From: Vicinamibacterales bacterium
GTDB taxonomy: Bacteria > Acidobacteriota > Vicinamibacteria > Vicinamibacterales > UBA2999
Length of the DNA: 64,000 nucleotides
Direction: 5' to 3'
Assembly: GCA_035496255.1 (NCBI GenBank)
Contig: DATJEU010000071.1
Coordinates: forward strand, 2,134-66,133
Shown here: positions 63,133-64,000 of the stretch, piece after piece
How the letters are laid out: each line of letters starts with the position of its first letter
Position numbering within the stretch: the stretch's first letter is position 1
The notes under the pieces: model-generated
The model's database searches: none
Told to the model about the DNA's origin: nothing
Seen by the model: only the letters and a program-made list of their open reading frames with translations
Program-made: the position numbers and the translations under genes

Positions 63133-64000
63133 CTAGCGGATTTGAGGCTGCGGGTGTTCATGAGCGCCGGCGGCCACCAGGAGCTGCCCGAGGCGCTCGA
63201 TGTCCGGCGGCTTCACGACGTGGTGGTCGAAACCGGCGGCGGCCGAGCGTTGCCGGTCGTACTCCTGTCCCCAGCCAGTGAGGGCAATGAGCAGGGGCTG
63301 CGCACCGGGTCCGCCTTCGGCGGAGCCCGGCCTGCCGGCACCGCCGGACGCGCGAATCTGGCGCGCCACCTCGTAGCCGTCCATGCCAGGCATGCCGATG
63401 TCCACGAGGACCGCATCGGGAGCGAACGGGCCGATGGCGTCCAGCGCCGCGCGGCCGCTGTGGACCACGCGGACCGTCGCGCCTAGCCGCGCCAGCAGTT
63501 CGCCGAGCGTCTCGGCGGCGTCGGTGTTGTCGTCGACCACGAGGATCCGCTGGTGCGGAAACGGCGTCAGCGGTTTCCCGGCGGAATGCGCGACTGGCGC
63601 GTCGATCGTCGGGAGCTGGAGCACGAACTCGCTGCCGCGGCCGGGTCCTTCGCTGCGCGCCTCGATGCGGCCGTCGTGCATCGCGACCAGGCTCTTCACC
63701 AGCGTCAAGCCGATCCCCAGGCCGCCCTGCGCCCGGCGATTCGATCGATCGACCTGCGTGAACATGTCGAACACGGCGGCGAGCTGGTTCGCGGGAATGC
63801 CAATGCCGTTGTCACGGATCGAGACCAGGGCCACACCACGCTCCCGCGTCAATCGCAACACGATTCGACCGCCGGCGTCGGTGTATTTCGCCGCGTTCGT
63901 CAACAGGTTGATGAACACCTGCGTCAGGCGAACGCCGTCGCCGTGCACGATGACGCGCTCGGGCGGAAGGTCGATCGACAGGGTGTGGCTGGCGGCGTCG
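63133..64000 (-). CDS. Hybrid histidine kinase (HATPase + receiver domains); partial, 5' end beyond window
   Basis: The frame is open to the window edge. LTQVFINLLTNAAKYT, DNGIGI, GGLGIGLTLVK ATPase boxes, then ILVVDDNTDAAE...DAVLVDIGMPGMDG receiver. Confidence 0.9.
   Translation of the reverse strand, partial: DAASHTLSIDLPPERVIVHGDGVRLTQVFINLLTNAAKYTDAGGRIVLRLTRERGVALVSIRDNGIGIPANQLAAVFDMFTQVDRSNRRAQGGLGIGLTLVKSLVAMHDGRIEARSEGPGRGSEFVLQLPTIDAPVAHSAGKPLTPFPHQRILVVDDNTDAAETLGELLARLGATVRVVHSGRAALDAIGPFAPDAVLVDIGMPGMDGYEVARQIRASGGAGRPGSAEGGPGAQPLLIALTGWGQEYDRQRSAAAGFDHHVVKPPDIERLGQLLVAAGAHEHPQPQIR

Noticed and set aside
1-64000. Scan for tRNA, rRNA, tmRNA, RNase P, transposase/integrase, toxin-antitoxin and known defence genes
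   Set aside because: No cloverleaf-capable segments, rRNA-like conserved blocks, DDE/tyrosine-recombinase motifs or nuclease/helicase/ATPase defence signatures were recognised in any credible ORF or intergenic region. Absence is by eye only; tRNAscan, Infernal, or defence-system HMMs would be decisive.

Overview
High-GC bacterial chromosomal segment (roughly two-thirds G+C by eye). The gene content points to Acidobacteriota: two TIGR03435 proteins, a PadR plus ADOP duplicated-permease pair, two Oar-like CarboxypepD_reg TonB-dependent receptors, and an M56/BlaR1-TonB_C fusion. I support about 53 protein-coding genes. I recognise no rRNA, tRNA, CRISPR array, transposase, integrase or phage structural gene. 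Many long ORFs in the track are Arg/Ala/Pro-rich antisense or out-of-frame artefacts typical of high-GC DNA. I re-set several starts using RBS and domain boundaries. One real gene (1-1882, minus) is absent from the track because it runs off the window.

Main blocks:
- (i) 1-3703: DUF1592-family cytochrome c protein, MBL hydrolase, TIGR03435.
- (ii) 5997-14658: a minus-strand run of a Tat-exported three-subunit molybdenum aldehyde/xanthine-type oxidoreductase, GT4 plus amylo-alpha-1,6-glucosidase, and an acyltransferase-3.
- (iii) 14767-22778: Hsp20, DUF2795, lipase-maturation-factor-like protein, FAD oxidoreductase, B12-binding radical SAM enzyme, PPC/DUF296, PoxB-like TPP enzyme.
- (iv) 22846-29774: a membrane-associated redox cluster.
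- (v) 29929-33809: TIGR03435-PadR-ADOP permease.
- (vi) 33960-42996: a tandemly duplicated TonB-dependent receptor unit followed by DinB and a polytopic membrane protein with a BON domain.
- (vii) 44799-51694: a complete alternative complex III (actABCDEF) operon with tightly overlapping gene junctions.
- (viii) 52760-57752: a hybrid histidine kinase and an envelope gene run.
- (ix) 60102-63080: a BlaI-like repressor, M56/TonB_C sensor-protease and MsrP operon with a perfect 10-1-10 operator.

No known defence or mobile system is evident. The most unusual signals are:
- the BlaI/M56-coupled orphan msrP;
- the duplicated receptor unit, which carries a conserved leader dyad and a relic of the dinB 5' end;
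- a 631-bp hairpin-rich intergenic region;
- three dispersed families of short repeats: GAATGCA heptamer arrays, CACGAAG/CACGGAG arrays beginning at TAACGAAG, and CTGAAG-loop REP-like hairpins.

All family names come from my reading of the translated sequences. No database search was run.
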